Assembly (NCBI GenBank): GCA_030527015.1
Contig: JAUNBR010000003.1
Coordinates: 28,624-92,623, forward strand
Length of the DNA: 64,000 nt
Direction of reading: 5' to 3'
Origin: Planctomycetia bacterium
GTDB taxonomy: Bacteria; Planctomycetota; Planctomycetia; Pirellulales; Thermoguttaceae
The position numbers were made by a program, and so were the translations under genes. This document shows, piece after piece, positions 52,926-61,652 of the stretch; within the stretch, counting starts at the first letter, position 1, and each line of letters starts with the position of its first letter. Below the pieces are notes generated by a model. It was given only the letters and a program-made list of their open reading frames with translations. It was not told where the DNA came from and made no database searches.

Positions 52926-53588
52926 ATGTGGGAGAAATTCATTACACATACGGGAATTGTGGCACCGATGGATCGGGCGAATGTGGATACAGATCAGATC
53001 ATGCCGAAACAGTTTTTAAAACGTGTCGAACGTTCAGGTTTTGGTCAGTATCTGTTTTATGACTGGAGATTTATGGAAGATGGAAAAGAAGATCCTTGTT
53101 TTGTGCTGAATCATCCAGATTACAGAAACGCGACGATTCTTCTTGCGCGGAGTAATTTTGGTTCAGGATCCAGCCGAGAACACGCACCGTGGGGATTAAA
53201 AGATTATGGGTTTCGAATATTAATTGCACCAAGTTTCGCAGATATATTTTTAAATAATTGTTTTAAAAATGGCATTTTGCCGATACAGCTGCCTGAAGCG
53301 TGTGTGGATGAGCTTTTTGTTCGAGAAAAGAAATATATGGTTTACCATCTTACGGTGGATCTGGAACAACAGAAAATTTCAGATGAATTCGGACTCATGA
53401 TGCATTTTGAAGTGGACGAATTTCGTAAATACTGCCTGTTAAACGCACTGGATGATATTAGTTTAACTCTGCAGCACGAAGATGAAATTTTGTCATGGGA
53501 AAAAGATAATATGGAAGTCGCTTTTTCTGGAAAATATTTTCAGGATATGAATTTTAAATTTCTTTTTGCTGACCAAAATGAAAAATGA
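52926..53588 (+). CDS. leuD: 3-isopropylmalate dehydratase small subunit
   Basis: [38 protein letters not shown] is the typical LeuD N terminus. ATG at 52926 with AAGGA upstream. The track start lies in a repeat derivative. Confidence 0.85.
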   Translation: MWEKFITHTGIVAPMDRANVDTDQIMPKQFLKRVERSGFGQYLFYDWRFMEDGKEDPCFVLNHPDYRNATILLARSNFGSGSSREHAPWGLKDYGFRILIAPSFADIFLNNCFKNGILPIQLPEACVDELFVREKKYMVYHLTVDLEQQKISDEFGLMMHFEVDEFRKYCLLNALDDISLTLQHEDEILSWEKDNMEVAFSGKYFQDMNFKFLFADQNEK

Positions 53589-53658
53589 TAGCTTTTTTGA
53601 TGTAAAATTTTGGTATTTAAGTACGTATGACGGGAAATTTTAAGGAAATTTAACTTCA

Positions 53659-53763
53659 TATACCCGATACATTATAAAATTCAGCTTCACCGGCTTTTTT
53701 GCTTCACTGAAAAAGCCTGCTTTTAGAGCCGCACAAAACGAAATTTTAAATTGGAACCAGTAT
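53659..53763 (+). repeat. SIR105 full copy, subfamily B
   Basis: TATACCCGATACATTATAAAATTCAGCTTCACCGGCTTTTTTGCTTCACTGAAAAAGCC...CGAAATTTTAAATTGGAACCAGTAT. Confidence 0.95.
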
Positions 53764-53824
53764 TACATGATAAAACTGAATACGGAGCGAAAGATAAAAA
53801 AACTTTTTACTGGGTTTCCGATAC

Positions 53825-53853
53825 TTGACACTCTGTAAAGATAACGTTAAAAT
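53825..53853 (+). promoter_or_regulatory. candidate sigma70-type promoter upstream of tatA
   Basis: TTGACA (53825-53830), 17-nt spacer, TAAAAT (53848-53853). Confidence 0.45.
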
Positions 53854-54027
53854 TATACTGAAAATAGCATGATATGAAATTTTAAAGTAAAAAAATACAT
53901 GGGGTTTATTTTTAGAAAAAATTTTGAGTATTCTTTATGCTGTCCACCGATTACAGAATTACTTGAGCCTTATGTAAGATATTTCCCACCTGGATTTTAA
54001 GATCAGTTTTTTATAGAAAGGTTAATA

Positions 54028-54234
54028 ATGAACATTATATTAGGTTTTTTGTCTCCCAGTCCAATTCAATTAGCGATCGTTGCGCTGATAGCGCTGTTAT
54101 TATTTGGGAACCGCCTCCCGGGAGTCGCGCGATCTTTTGGAAAAAGTATTATGGAATTTAAAAAGGGAATGAAGGAAATAGAGGAAGACGTTAACTCAGA
54201 TACTGAAAATAAAGACAAAAAATCTGAAGAATAA
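54028..54234 (+). CDS. tatA: twin-arginine translocase TatA/E family protein
   Basis: 68 aa. TM followed by LLFG..LP...R..G....EFKKG amphipathic helix. Confidence 0.9.
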   Translation: MNIILGFLSPSPIQLAIVALIALLLFGNRLPGVARSFGKSIMEFKKGMKEIEEDVNSDTENKDKKSEE

Positions 54235-54320
54235 TAATTTAGCATCTTATTCCAGGCGCATTTATAATTTCTATTTTTCTGTCTGCTGACTGGCTGGTTT
54301 TTCGCGGAGTATGAAAGAGT

Positions 54321-54368
54321 CTGCTTTTTCAGGTTACACAAAACGGAAATTTAAAGTGGAACCTGATA
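54321..54368 (+). repeat. SIR105 3'-arm fragment (between the two tat genes)
   Basis: CTGCTTTTTCAGGTTACACAAAACGGAAATTTAAAGTGGAACCTGATA. Confidence 0.6.
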
Positions 54369-54407
54369 TTTTAAGATGAGTGACGGATGTAGTCAGAGAG
54401 GTGTTTC

Positions 54408-54722
54408 ATGGAATTTCCTTTTGCAGGGATCAGTTTTGGAGGAATCGTTCTGCTGGGAGCGGTGGCCGTGATGCTTTTTGGGAAAGATTTACCTAAAATG
54501 GGCAGAAAATTGGGAAAATTTTACGCGGATCTAAAACGAGGATACCAAAATGTACAGCAGGAAGTTCACTCGGTGATACGGGATATGGAAGAATCCAGCG
54601 AATCTTCAGTTAAAAATGAAAAATCTTTCAAAAGTTATGGGACTTCTTCTGAGCCGAAAGAAGATGAGGAGGATCAGGTGGAATCGGTGGCTCCGCGTTT
54701 TGAGCCGCCGCGAGAATCCTGA
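54408..54722 (+). CDS. twin-arginine translocase TatA/TatB family protein
   Basis: 104 aa. TM + MLFGKDLPKMGRKLGKFYADLKRG helix + acidic tail. Second Tat paralogue; no tatC in the window. Confidence 0.8.
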   Translation: MEFPFAGISFGGIVLLGAVAVMLFGKDLPKMGRKLGKFYADLKRGYQNVQQEVHSVIRDMEESSESSVKNEKSFKSYGTSSEPKEDEEDQVESVAPRFEPPRES

Positions 54723-54957
54723 AGCGGAAGAATCATCCAGAGAGGCTCTGAAACTCGGCCCAATTTTCCTCGAAACGTTACTAAAATATACGTGCGTTTA
54801 TTATTTTATCCGCATTTCGTATAAAGATGGAATGCTTGCGAACAGATCATGAAAACTGAAATTTAATACGAAATTCGGCATATTCACTGAATTTCGTTTC
54901 TTCAGAAAATAATACTGAGGAATTCAGAGTAAACGGATATTTAAAGAAAATATCGTT

Positions 54958-56037
54958 ATGAAAATCTTTTTGTTATTTCAAAAAATCGTTATTCTTTTTG
55001 TGATTTTTGTAAAAATATCTTTTTTGTCCGTGTTTTCTTATGGTCAGGACAAATATTCATCTCATGTGATTCCGGCATCTGAAATTTCAAAATTAATTTC
55101 TCCCGAGGTGGATACGCATATACAGAAAGGGCTGGATCATTTTCGGCGAAAGATGGATGCAGGGCAGACGCTGGGAGATGGTGGATTTCAGGATCATCCG
55201 GCAATAATCGCGCTGGTGGGAATGGCCTTTCTCTCTGCGGGAAGTACGCCGATGGAAGGAGAGGACGCGAAATATGTGGCAAAATGTGTGGAAATGCTTC
55301 TGTCGCAGGCGCGTGTGAATGGGGTAATTGCGCGTGAGGGGATTTCTGGTCAGAGTCTGATGTATGGAAATGGTTTTGCGCTGACATTTCTTGCAGAATG
55401 TTATGGAATGTCTTCAGAAGATGAAAAGATTCGTGTCGTAATTCAAAAATCGGTGGAAATGCTGATTCGTGCCCAGAATGAAGAAGGAGGCTGGCGTTAT
55501 ACTCCCACGCGTTCAGAGGCAGATGTTTCGGTTACTGCGTGCGTGGTAATGGCATTTCGTGCGGCCAGGAATGCAGGTTTTTCTGTTTCTACAGATGTAA
55601 TGAAAAAGGCGGAAGCGTATATTCGGCGGTGTCAGAATCATGACGGAGGTTACCGTTATCGTGGGATAATAGAGGGAGAAAGTGCTTTTCCCCGAACTGC
55701 TGCGGCTCTGGCTGCCTTATGTGCCGCAGGACATTATCGCGGTGAGGACTTACGAAAAGGATTATTATATCTGCAGAATTCAGCTTGTCCGACAGAAGAT
55801 GGATATTATTTTTATGCACATTATTACGCAGTCCAGGCGTTTTGGCTTTATCAGGATGAAGAAAATAAAGATGAATTTTTGTGGCAAAAATGGTATTCTC
55901 GGGTGCGGGATGAACTTTTGAGTCTGCAGAAGCCTGATGGAACGTGGATCTCCACGATCAGTCTGGATCATGCCACGGCCATGGCTTTAATTGTTTTACA
56001 GGTGCCGAATCATTCTTTGCCGATACTTCAGAGGTAA
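54958..56037 (+). CDS. prenyltransferase/squalene-oxidase repeat protein (terpenoid cyclase-like fold), secreted
   Basis: Signal peptide. Repeated aromatic-Gly motifs (EEGGWRY, HDGGYRY, PDGTW) typical of alpha-alpha toroid repeat proteins common in PVC bacteria. Confidence 0.72.
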   Translation: MKIFLLFQKIVILFVIFVKISFLSVFSYGQDKYSSHVIPASEISKLISPEVDTHIQKGLDHFRRKMDAGQTLGDGGFQDHPAIIALVGMAFLSAGSTPMEGEDAKYVAKCVEMLLSQARVNGVIAREGISGQSLMYGNGFALTFLAECYGMSSEDEKIRVVIQKSVEMLIRAQNEEGGWRYTPTRSEADVSVTACVVMAFRAARNAGFSVSTDVMKKAEAYIRRCQNHDGGYRYRGIIEGESAFPRTAAALAALCAAGHYRGEDLRKGLLYLQNSACPTEDGYYFYAHYYAVQAFWLYQDEENKDEFLWQKWYSRVRDELLSLQKPDGTWISTISLDHATAMALIVLQVPNHSLPILQR

Positions 56038-56192
56038 AAATGAGCGGCTCCTGGATTATCCTGGTTTACACGGCTTTTTTTAGAATTTTTAGAATAAAAC
56101 AAAATAAAAATGGGTTTTCACGAATTATGCTTAAAATTTATCTTGTAATATGGAAAACAAAATATTTCCTCATAAATTAAATTATAAATTAT

Positions 56193-56298
56193 TATGCCCG
56201 ATACACTATAAAATTCCACTTCTCCGGCATTTTGTTTCGCGCTGAAAATGCCTGTTTTTAGAACCGCATAAAACGGAAATTAAAATGGAGCCAGTATA
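56193..56298 (+). repeat. SIR105 full copy
   Basis: TATGCCCGATACACTATAAAATTCCACTTCTCCGGCATTTTGTTTCGCGCTGAAAATGCC...GGAAATTAAAATGGAGCCAGTATA. Confidence 0.9.
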
Positions 56299-56317
56299 TA
56301 AGAAAAGAAAACGGATC

Positions 56318-56833
56318 ATGAAGTATTCATTTTATGTACCTGTATTTTGGGTTATTTTAGGAGCGAATATTGTTTTTTCACAAGAAAAGATTTTTGCTGT
56401 TTACTCTCCGGAAAATATTTCTGTTCCTCATGCGGTTCTAGTGTCCGAAACACAAACATTTTTTGCAGGAGAAATTTTGGAAATTAAAAATGATTGTGTG
56501 GAAATGGAAACGCTGGAAGGTGAGATTCTTCAGAAAAAGCTGGAATCTTTAGCAGGAATCATTTTTACTCCACCAGGTACGAAAAAAGAATGGGATATTT
56601 TCATAAAAATAGTTTTCACGGCCAGGAAAAATACGCAGACAGACATACTGTGGCTGGAAAATGGAGATTACGTACATGGTTTTTTTGTAGAAATGAAAGA
56701 TGGGGTAATTTTTTTTGAAAAATTGGATGCCAGAGAGAAGGTAAAGCTGGAGATTCCAGCAAAAAGAATAAAAGCGGTAATTTTTGCTGGTTTTGTAGAT
56801 GATGAAAATCAGGAGAAGAAAAGTGGTGCATGA
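56318..56833 (+). CDS. hypothetical secreted protein
   Basis: ORF with an N-terminal hydrophobic signal (MKYSFYVPVFWVILGANIVFS). The track start at 56285 lies inside a repeat copy. Confidence 0.5.
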   Translation: MKYSFYVPVFWVILGANIVFSQEKIFAVYSPENISVPHAVLVSETQTFFAGEILEIKNDCVEMETLEGEILQKKLESLAGIIFTPPGTKKEWDIFIKIVFTARKNTQTDILWLENGDYVHGFFVEMKDGVIFFEKLDAREKVKLEIPAKRIKAVIFAGFVDDENQEKKSGA

Positions 56834-56892
56834 GAGAAATATTTTTTGATAGCACGACTCAGATTTTATGTGTGTCGTGCGGTAACGTTTTT

Positions 56893-57010
56893 TCCTGATA
56901 TTTAAATTTTTCTTTCCTGTCTGTGCAGCAGATTTCATATTTACAGAAGCAGACATTTTTCATGAAAAAAATGGACAGGAAAGAGAAATTTAAACTGTCT
57001 CTGATGTAAT
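56893..57010 (-). repeat. SIR105 degenerate copy
   Basis: CCTGATATTTAAATTTTTCTTTCCTGTC...GACAGGAAAGAGAAATTTAAACTGTCTCTGATGTAATA. The arms stay mutually complementary. Confidence 0.4.
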
Positions 57011-57017
57011 ACTTTTT

Positions 57018-57911
57018 TTAGTTTTCGCTTTTCTTTTGCCTTTTAGGAGCTTTTTTAACAGTTTTTTTAGCGGGAATTTCTTTTTGGGGGTCTGTGAAAA
57101 CAGTTTTTGTTTTTACCGGGGGAGTGTTTTGCGCGACAGGAAGTTTTAAGGTAAATGCGGTACCTTTTCCGACTGTACTGTCCACCCGGATTTTTCCATG
57201 ATGTTTTTCGATAATGTCTCGGCACATGGAAAGCCCGAGTCCTGTACCACCTTTTCCACTTTCATCGGTTTTTTTTGTCGAGAAAAATGTCTCAAAAATA
57301 TGTGGCAGAATATCTTTCGGAATGCCGGTGCCAAAATCACGTATGACCAGATCCACGAAGGATGTTTCCGGATCATGGTTTATTTTAATAATCAGGCGTC
57401 CTCCAGTATTCATGGCTTGGCGCGCATTTATGATTAAATTTAGAAGAACCTGTAAAATTTGGTTTCCATTAATGAGAACCTCTGGAATGTTTGTGCCGTA
57501 CTCTTTTTCTACTGAAATGCGATATTTATTCATTTCACGTTCCAGTAATAAAAGTGCGTCTTCTGTTAACTGTATTAAATCCGTAGGCTCTGCACCGGAA
57601 GATCGGTTTCGTGACATTCCTAAAATGCTGCTGGTAAGTTTTGCGGCACGATTTCCTGCGGAGAGAATCGTGTTAAACGCTTTTTCCCGCGTGGAGGCAT
57701 CTGAATGGCGTAATCCGATTTTTGCGTAATTTAGAATCGTGGTGAGAATATTATTAAATTCATGAGTCGTCGTACTGACCAGCTCTCCCAGTGAAATCAT
57801 AGTCGCGGCGGCCTGTAACTGAGCGTGTAAAGCCTGGTTTTCTTTGCGCAATTTTTGGATTTCCAGGTCTAATTCTTCATTTTTTTGTGTTACTTCCATG
57901 TTCCTTCTCAT
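57018..57911 (-). CDS. cytoplasmic sensor histidine kinase (HisKA + HATPase_c)
   Basis: H-box STTTHEFNNILT, N-box and G-box GTGLGLSMCRDIIEKHHG. Coiled-coil N terminus, no TM. Confidence 0.85.
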   Translation of the reverse strand: MRRNMEVTQKNEELDLEIQKLRKENQALHAQLQAAATMISLGELVSTTTHEFNNILTTILNYAKIGLRHSDASTREKAFNTILSAGNRAAKLTSSILGMSRNRSSGAEPTDLIQLTEDALLLLEREMNKYRISVEKEYGTNIPEVLINGNQILQVLLNLIINARQAMNTGGRLIIKINHDPETSFVDLVIRDFGTGIPKDILPHIFETFFSTKKTDESGKGGTGLGLSMCRDIIEKHHGKIRVDSTVGKGTAFTLKLPVAQNTPPVKTKTVFTDPQKEIPAKKTVKKAPKRQKKSEN

Positions 57912-57919
57912 TTTAGTGG

Positions 57920-58024
57920 TATACTGGTTCCATTTTAAATTTCCGTTTTATGCGGCTCTGAAAGCAGGCATTTTTAGCGAAGTAAAATGCCGGGAAAGCG
58001 GAATTTTATAGTATATCGGGTATA
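57920..58024 (-). repeat. SIR105 full copy
   Basis: Near-consensus copy starting 9 nt upstream of the histidine kinase ATG. Confidence 0.95.
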
Positions 58025-58157
58025 AAACTCTGATTTTTTTATTTTTCGACGAAAATGACTGGAAAACTGAAGGAGAAGTCGGTATAATCTATTTTTTATA
58101 AAATGATAATTTCTTTTATAGCTTTTATAGAGTTTTAGTAAAAATGGGTAGAGTTTA

Positions 58158-58364
58158 ATGAATTTACTGGAATACCTGGAAGAAGTCTTAAAAAAAATTA
58201 AAGCCCATGGATACCAGATTCGAGAAGAATGGCTGGACGGTGGGCATGGAGGAGGGTGTGTTCTGCGGGGAAAAAAAATTTTTTTCTCTGATCAGACACT
58301 TCCGTTACCAGAACGTTTAGAGCAGGCGGAGGAATTTTTACGGGAATTAAATACAAAAGAATAA
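58158..58364 (+). CDS. small hypothetical protein
   Basis: 68-aa ORF in otherwise unexplained unique sequence. No family recognised. Coding status uncertain. Confidence 0.4.
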   Translation: MNLLEYLEEVLKKIKAHGYQIREEWLDGGHGGGCVLRGKKIFFSDQTLPLPERLEQAEEFLRELNTKE

Positions 58365-58386
58365 AAAATAGCTGTTTTTTTGAATT

Positions 58387-58657
58387 TATATTCGACGTAT
58401 GATAAATTTTCGTTTTCTCGACATTTTTTATCGGATACACGATAAATTTCGCTTCTCTGATATTTTTGTGCTAAAAATATTTGCGTTTCTGCTGATTCTC
58501 CTGTAAATTTCCGTTTCATGCGGCTTTTAACGCAGACATTTTCAGCGAGAAAAAAATGCCAGAAAAGCGGAAATTTATCGTGCATCGGGTATAAAACCGC
58601 ATAAAATGAAAATTTAAAGGAGAGCCGGTATAAGGAAATTTATCGTGTATCAGTATA
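58387..58657. repeat. mosaic of at least 5 SIR105 pieces in both orientations
   Basis: Left-arm fragment 58387-58428. Left arm plus hairpin 58429-58495. Nearly full minus-orientation copy 58495-58593. Right-arm fragment 58596-58632. Left-arm fragment (inverted) 58633-58657. Confidence 0.7.
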
Positions 58658-58667
58658 AAACCCCTCC

Positions 58668-58696
58668 TTGACTTAATTTTGCTGATAATTTACACT
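58668..58696 (+). promoter_or_regulatory. candidate sigma70-type promoter upstream of NifU-like/GGGtGRT pair
   Basis: TTGACT (58668-58673), 17-nt spacer, TACACT (58691-58696). Confidence 0.4.
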
Positions 58697-58779
58697 AAAT
58701 ACTGGTGAAACAGTTTTCATCATGGACAGTTTTTCTGTCTTTATTTTGGGAGACCTTATATTTTAGGAGAGTATTTAAG

Positions 58780-59472
58780 ATGCAGTATTCGCACGAAGTG
58801 GAAAACATGGTGTGTATCGCGAAGGGGGCGAACCATGGTCCGGCACCGATTCCGGAAGAGGGACGCTGGGTTAAAGTGAAGGAAGTTGGAGACATTTCTG
58901 GTTTTACGCACGGAATCGGATGGTGTGCTCCTCAGCAAGGAACGTGTAAACTTTCGTTAAATATTAAAAATGGGATTATTGAAGAAGCTCTGGTCGAAAC
59001 GATCGGATGTTCTGGCATGACGCATTCTGCTGCCATGGCGGCGGAAATTTTACCGGGGAAAACGGTTCTGGAAGCTCTGAATACGGATCTGGTATGTGAT
59101 GCTATTAATACTGCCATGCGTGAACTGTTTTTACAAATTGTGTACGGTCGCAGTCAGTCCGCTTTTTCTGAAGATGGCTTACCTGTCGGCGCAGGGCTGG
59201 AGGATCTGGGAAAGGGGTTACGTTCTCAGATCGGGACGATGTATGGTACGAAAATAAAAGGTGCCCGGTATCTTGAAATGGCGGAAGGGTATGTCCTAAA
59301 AATTGCCTTGGATGCGGATGATGAAATTATTGGTTATCAGTTCGTCAGTCTCGGAAAAATGATGGATGCTATTAAAAAAGGTGTGGATCCTAAAGAGGCT
59401 TATGAAAAAAATATTGGAACGTACGGACGTTTTGCGGACGGCGTGAAATTTATTGATCCGCGTCATGAATAA
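58780..59472 (+). CDS. IscU/NifU N-terminal-like iron-sulfur scaffold domain protein
   Basis: GWCAP..GTC.LSL.IKNGIIEEA..ETIGCSGM..SAAMAAE.L.GKT..EA follows the three-Cys IscU pattern. GGAGAG RBS precedes the ATG at 58780. Confidence 0.7.
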   Translation: MQYSHEVENMVCIAKGANHGPAPIPEEGRWVKVKEVGDISGFTHGIGWCAPQQGTCKLSLNIKNGIIEEALVETIGCSGMTHSAAMAAEILPGKTVLEALNTDLVCDAINTAMRELFLQIVYGRSQSAFSEDGLPVGAGLEDLGKGLRSQIGTMYGTKIKGARYLEMAEGYVLKIALDADDEIIGYQFVSLGKMMDAIKKGVDPKEAYEKNIGTYGRFADGVKFIDPRHE

Positions 59473-59497
59473 TGCCGAATGAACCCGGTGCATTTTT

Positions 59498-59600
59498 TGT
59501 ACTGGTTTTGCTTAAAATTTCTGTTTTTCGCGGTTACTCCCGCATGTGTTTCCTGTTTTGGGAAATGCCAAGAATGTGAGGTTTTTAACGTATCGGGTTT
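59498..59600 (-). repeat. SIR105 degenerate copy
   Basis: TGTACTGGTTTTGCTTAAAATTTCTGTTTTTCGCGGTTAC...GGAAATGCC...TTTTTAACGTATCGGGTTTAA. Confidence 0.45.
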
Positions 59601-59657
59601 AATCAGTTTAAACATAATCAAAACATTTTATATAATATTTTAGTGAAGGAAAATAAG

Positions 59658-60659
59658 ATGCCATTATTTGAGAGTTATGAACGAAGAATTGGCCAGATTA
59701 CTCCTGTGCTGGAGGAATATGGTTTTAAAAATATTGAGGAAGTCCGTGATTTTTGTCTTGAACGGGGCGTGGATCCTGCAGGAATTACGAAGAGCATTCA
59801 GCCGATCGCTTTTGAAAATGCGCTCTGGGCATACACACTGGGGTGTGGAATCGCGCTGAAGAAGGAGTGCAAAAAAGCGGCGGACGCGGCGGAGGCGATC
59901 GGTCTGGGTTTACAGGCTTTTTGTATTCCCGGTTCCGTGGCGGACCAGCGGCAGGTGGGGCTGGGCCATGGAAATCTTGCGGCCATGCTTTTAAGGGAAG
60001 AGACGAAATGTTTCTGTTTTTTGGCCGGGCATGAATCTTTTGCCGCTGCGGAGGGGGCGATCGGAATCGCGCGTTCTGCCAATAAAGTTCGCCAGACTCC
60101 TCTGCGTGTGATTCTGAATGGTCTGGGAAAAGACGCCGCTTTAATTATTAGTCGTATTAATGGTTTTACATATGTTCAGACGGAATACGATTACGCCACG
60201 GGCACTTTAAAAATCATTCGGGAAAAACCATATTCGGATGGTGAGCGTTCAAAAGTTCGTTGTTTTGGTGCCGATGATGTCAGTGAAGGTGTGGCGATCA
60301 TGCGTCATGAAGATGTGGACGTTTCGATTACAGGAAATTCCACGAATCCCACGCGTTTTCAGCATCCGGTGGCTGGAACGTATAAAAAATGGAGTGTCGA
60401 TAATGGGAAAAAATACTTTTCCGTCGCCTCCGGTGGTGGAACTGGGCGTACATTGCACCCGGATAATATGGCCGCGGGGCCGGCGTCTTATGGGATGACG
60501 GACACCATGGGCCGTATGCATTCCGACGCACAATTTGCGGGTTCCTCTTCTGTCCCGGCTCACGTGGAAATGATGGGGCTTATCGGAATGGGAAATAATC
60601 CCATGGTCGGCGCGACTGTGGCGGTGGCGGTGGCGGTGGAAGAATCATTTTCATCTTAA
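59658..60659 (+). CDS. GGGtGRT family protein
   Basis: Contains the name-giving ASGGGTGRTLHPDNMAAGPASYGMTD block. ATG at 59658 with GAAGGA upstream. The track start at 59643 is GTG. Confidence 0.8.
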   Translation: MPLFESYERRIGQITPVLEEYGFKNIEEVRDFCLERGVDPAGITKSIQPIAFENALWAYTLGCGIALKKECKKAADAAEAIGLGLQAFCIPGSVADQRQVGLGHGNLAAMLLREETKCFCFLAGHESFAAAEGAIGIARSANKVRQTPLRVILNGLGKDAALIISRINGFTYVQTEYDYATGTLKIIREKPYSDGERSKVRCFGADDVSEGVAIMRHEDVDVSITGNSTNPTRFQHPVAGTYKKWSVDNGKKYFSVASGGGTGRTLHPDNMAAGPASYGMTDTMGRMHSDAQFAGSSSVPAHVEMMGLIGMGNNPMVGATVAVAVAVEESFSS

Positions 60660-60766
60660 TAAATGAAATCTGATTTTCTGGTTTCTGATTTACCTCCGTC
60701 TTTTTTACTTCAGCGGTTTTATCTTTTGTAAAAATATAAAGTGGAAAAATATTTTTGATTCCACTT

Positions 60767-60872
60767 TATATCCGATATACCATAAATTCCGCTTCCCAGG
60801 CATTTTTACTTCGCTGAAAATGCCTGGCTTTCAGAGCCGCACAAAATGGAAATTTAAACGAAAACCAGATAA
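60767..60872 (+). repeat. SIR105 full copy
   Basis: TATATCCGATATACCATAAATTCCGCTTCCCAGGCATTTTTACTTCGCTGAAAATGCC... Preceded by a 10-bp inverted repeat, TAAAGTGGAA (60737-60746) / TTCCACTTTA (60759-60768), built from right-arm sequence. Confidence 0.9.
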
Positions 60873-61011
60873 ATTTCCATTTTATGTGGCCACGAAAGTA
60901 GGATTCCCAGTCCAGTCTGTTCCGGCAGAGGGTATGGGCTGGTGATTTCCATTCATTTACGTGCCCCATCCGTCAGCGTGAATGCAGCGAGAAGCCTGGA
61001 GTTCCGGAAAA

Positions 61012-61155
61012 GATTTACCGGCGATTTTCTGCTCTTTTTAGACTCTGAAAAAACTTACGGCCCAGTGACGGCGGATTTACCGGCGACTTTCTGCGTTTTT
61101 TGTATTCTGAAAAATTAAGGCCGAATAACGGAAGATTTAACGCGACTTTCCGCGG
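61012..61155. repeat. tandem repeat, about 61-nt unit, about 2.4 copies
   Basis: GATTTACCGGCGA(T/C)TTTCTGC...TCTGAAAAA...GGCC...ACGG units start at 61012, 61074 and 61134 (partial). Confidence 0.7.
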
Positions 61156-61223
61156 ATCATGCGTCGTAACGTAATGCAGACGGTTTTATAGTGTGCCCTT
61201 CATTTTCAGTCATACCATTCCGC

Positions 61224-61252
61224 TTGACACCGCGACTTCCTCAGATTACAAT
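61224..61252 (+). promoter_or_regulatory. candidate sigma70-type promoter
   Basis: TTGACA (61224-61229), 17-nt spacer, TACAAT (61247-61252). It would read through two SIR105 copies into the gene at 61653. Confidence 0.45.
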
Positions 61253-61278
61253 AATTTATTGAAGCTCAAACTTTACTT

Positions 61279-61385
61279 TATGCAGATTTTCCCTTAAATT
61301 TCCATTTCACGCGGTTCAGGAAGCAGGCATTTTCCGTGAAAAGCAAAATTCCGGGAAAGCGGAAATTTACCGTGCTTCGGGTATA
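61279..61385 (-). repeat. SIR105 full copy, local variant
   Basis: TATGCAGATTTTCCCTTAAATTTCCATTTCACGCGGTTCAGGAAGCAGGCATTTTCCGTGAAAAGCAAAATTCCGGGAAAGCGGAAATTTACCGTGCTTCGGGTATA. Confidence 0.85.
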
Positions 61386-61451
61386 ACTTTCGTTTTCCGC
61401 GGCCACACGAAGGTCTGGTTTTCACGCGATCAAAATACCGAAAGGTGAAAT

Positions 61452-61559
61452 TATGTTTTGATTTTCCCTTAAATTTCCATTTCACGCGGTTCTGGAAGCA
61501 GGCATTTTCCGTGAAAAGTAAAATTCCGGGAAAGCGGAAATTTACCGTGCATCGGGTAT
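61452..61559 (-). repeat. SIR105 full copy, local variant (near-identical to 61279-61385)
   Basis: Differs from the copy 170 nt upstream at only a few positions by eye. Shares its private changes (CCCTTAAATTTCCATTTCACGCGG, TTTTCCGTGAAAAG, TTTACCGTGC). Confidence 0.85.
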
Positions 61560-61652
61560 GATTCGGTGCATGGAGCACAAAACCTTAAAAAGTGTGGTGT
61601 TTTCATAAGTAGTCATAAATTTATTACGGATCATGAGAAAGGACTTTTGGAG

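Noticed and set aside
57214-57729. 171-aa plus-strand ORF
   Set aside because: It is antisense to the histidine kinase gene, which has clear H, N and G boxes.
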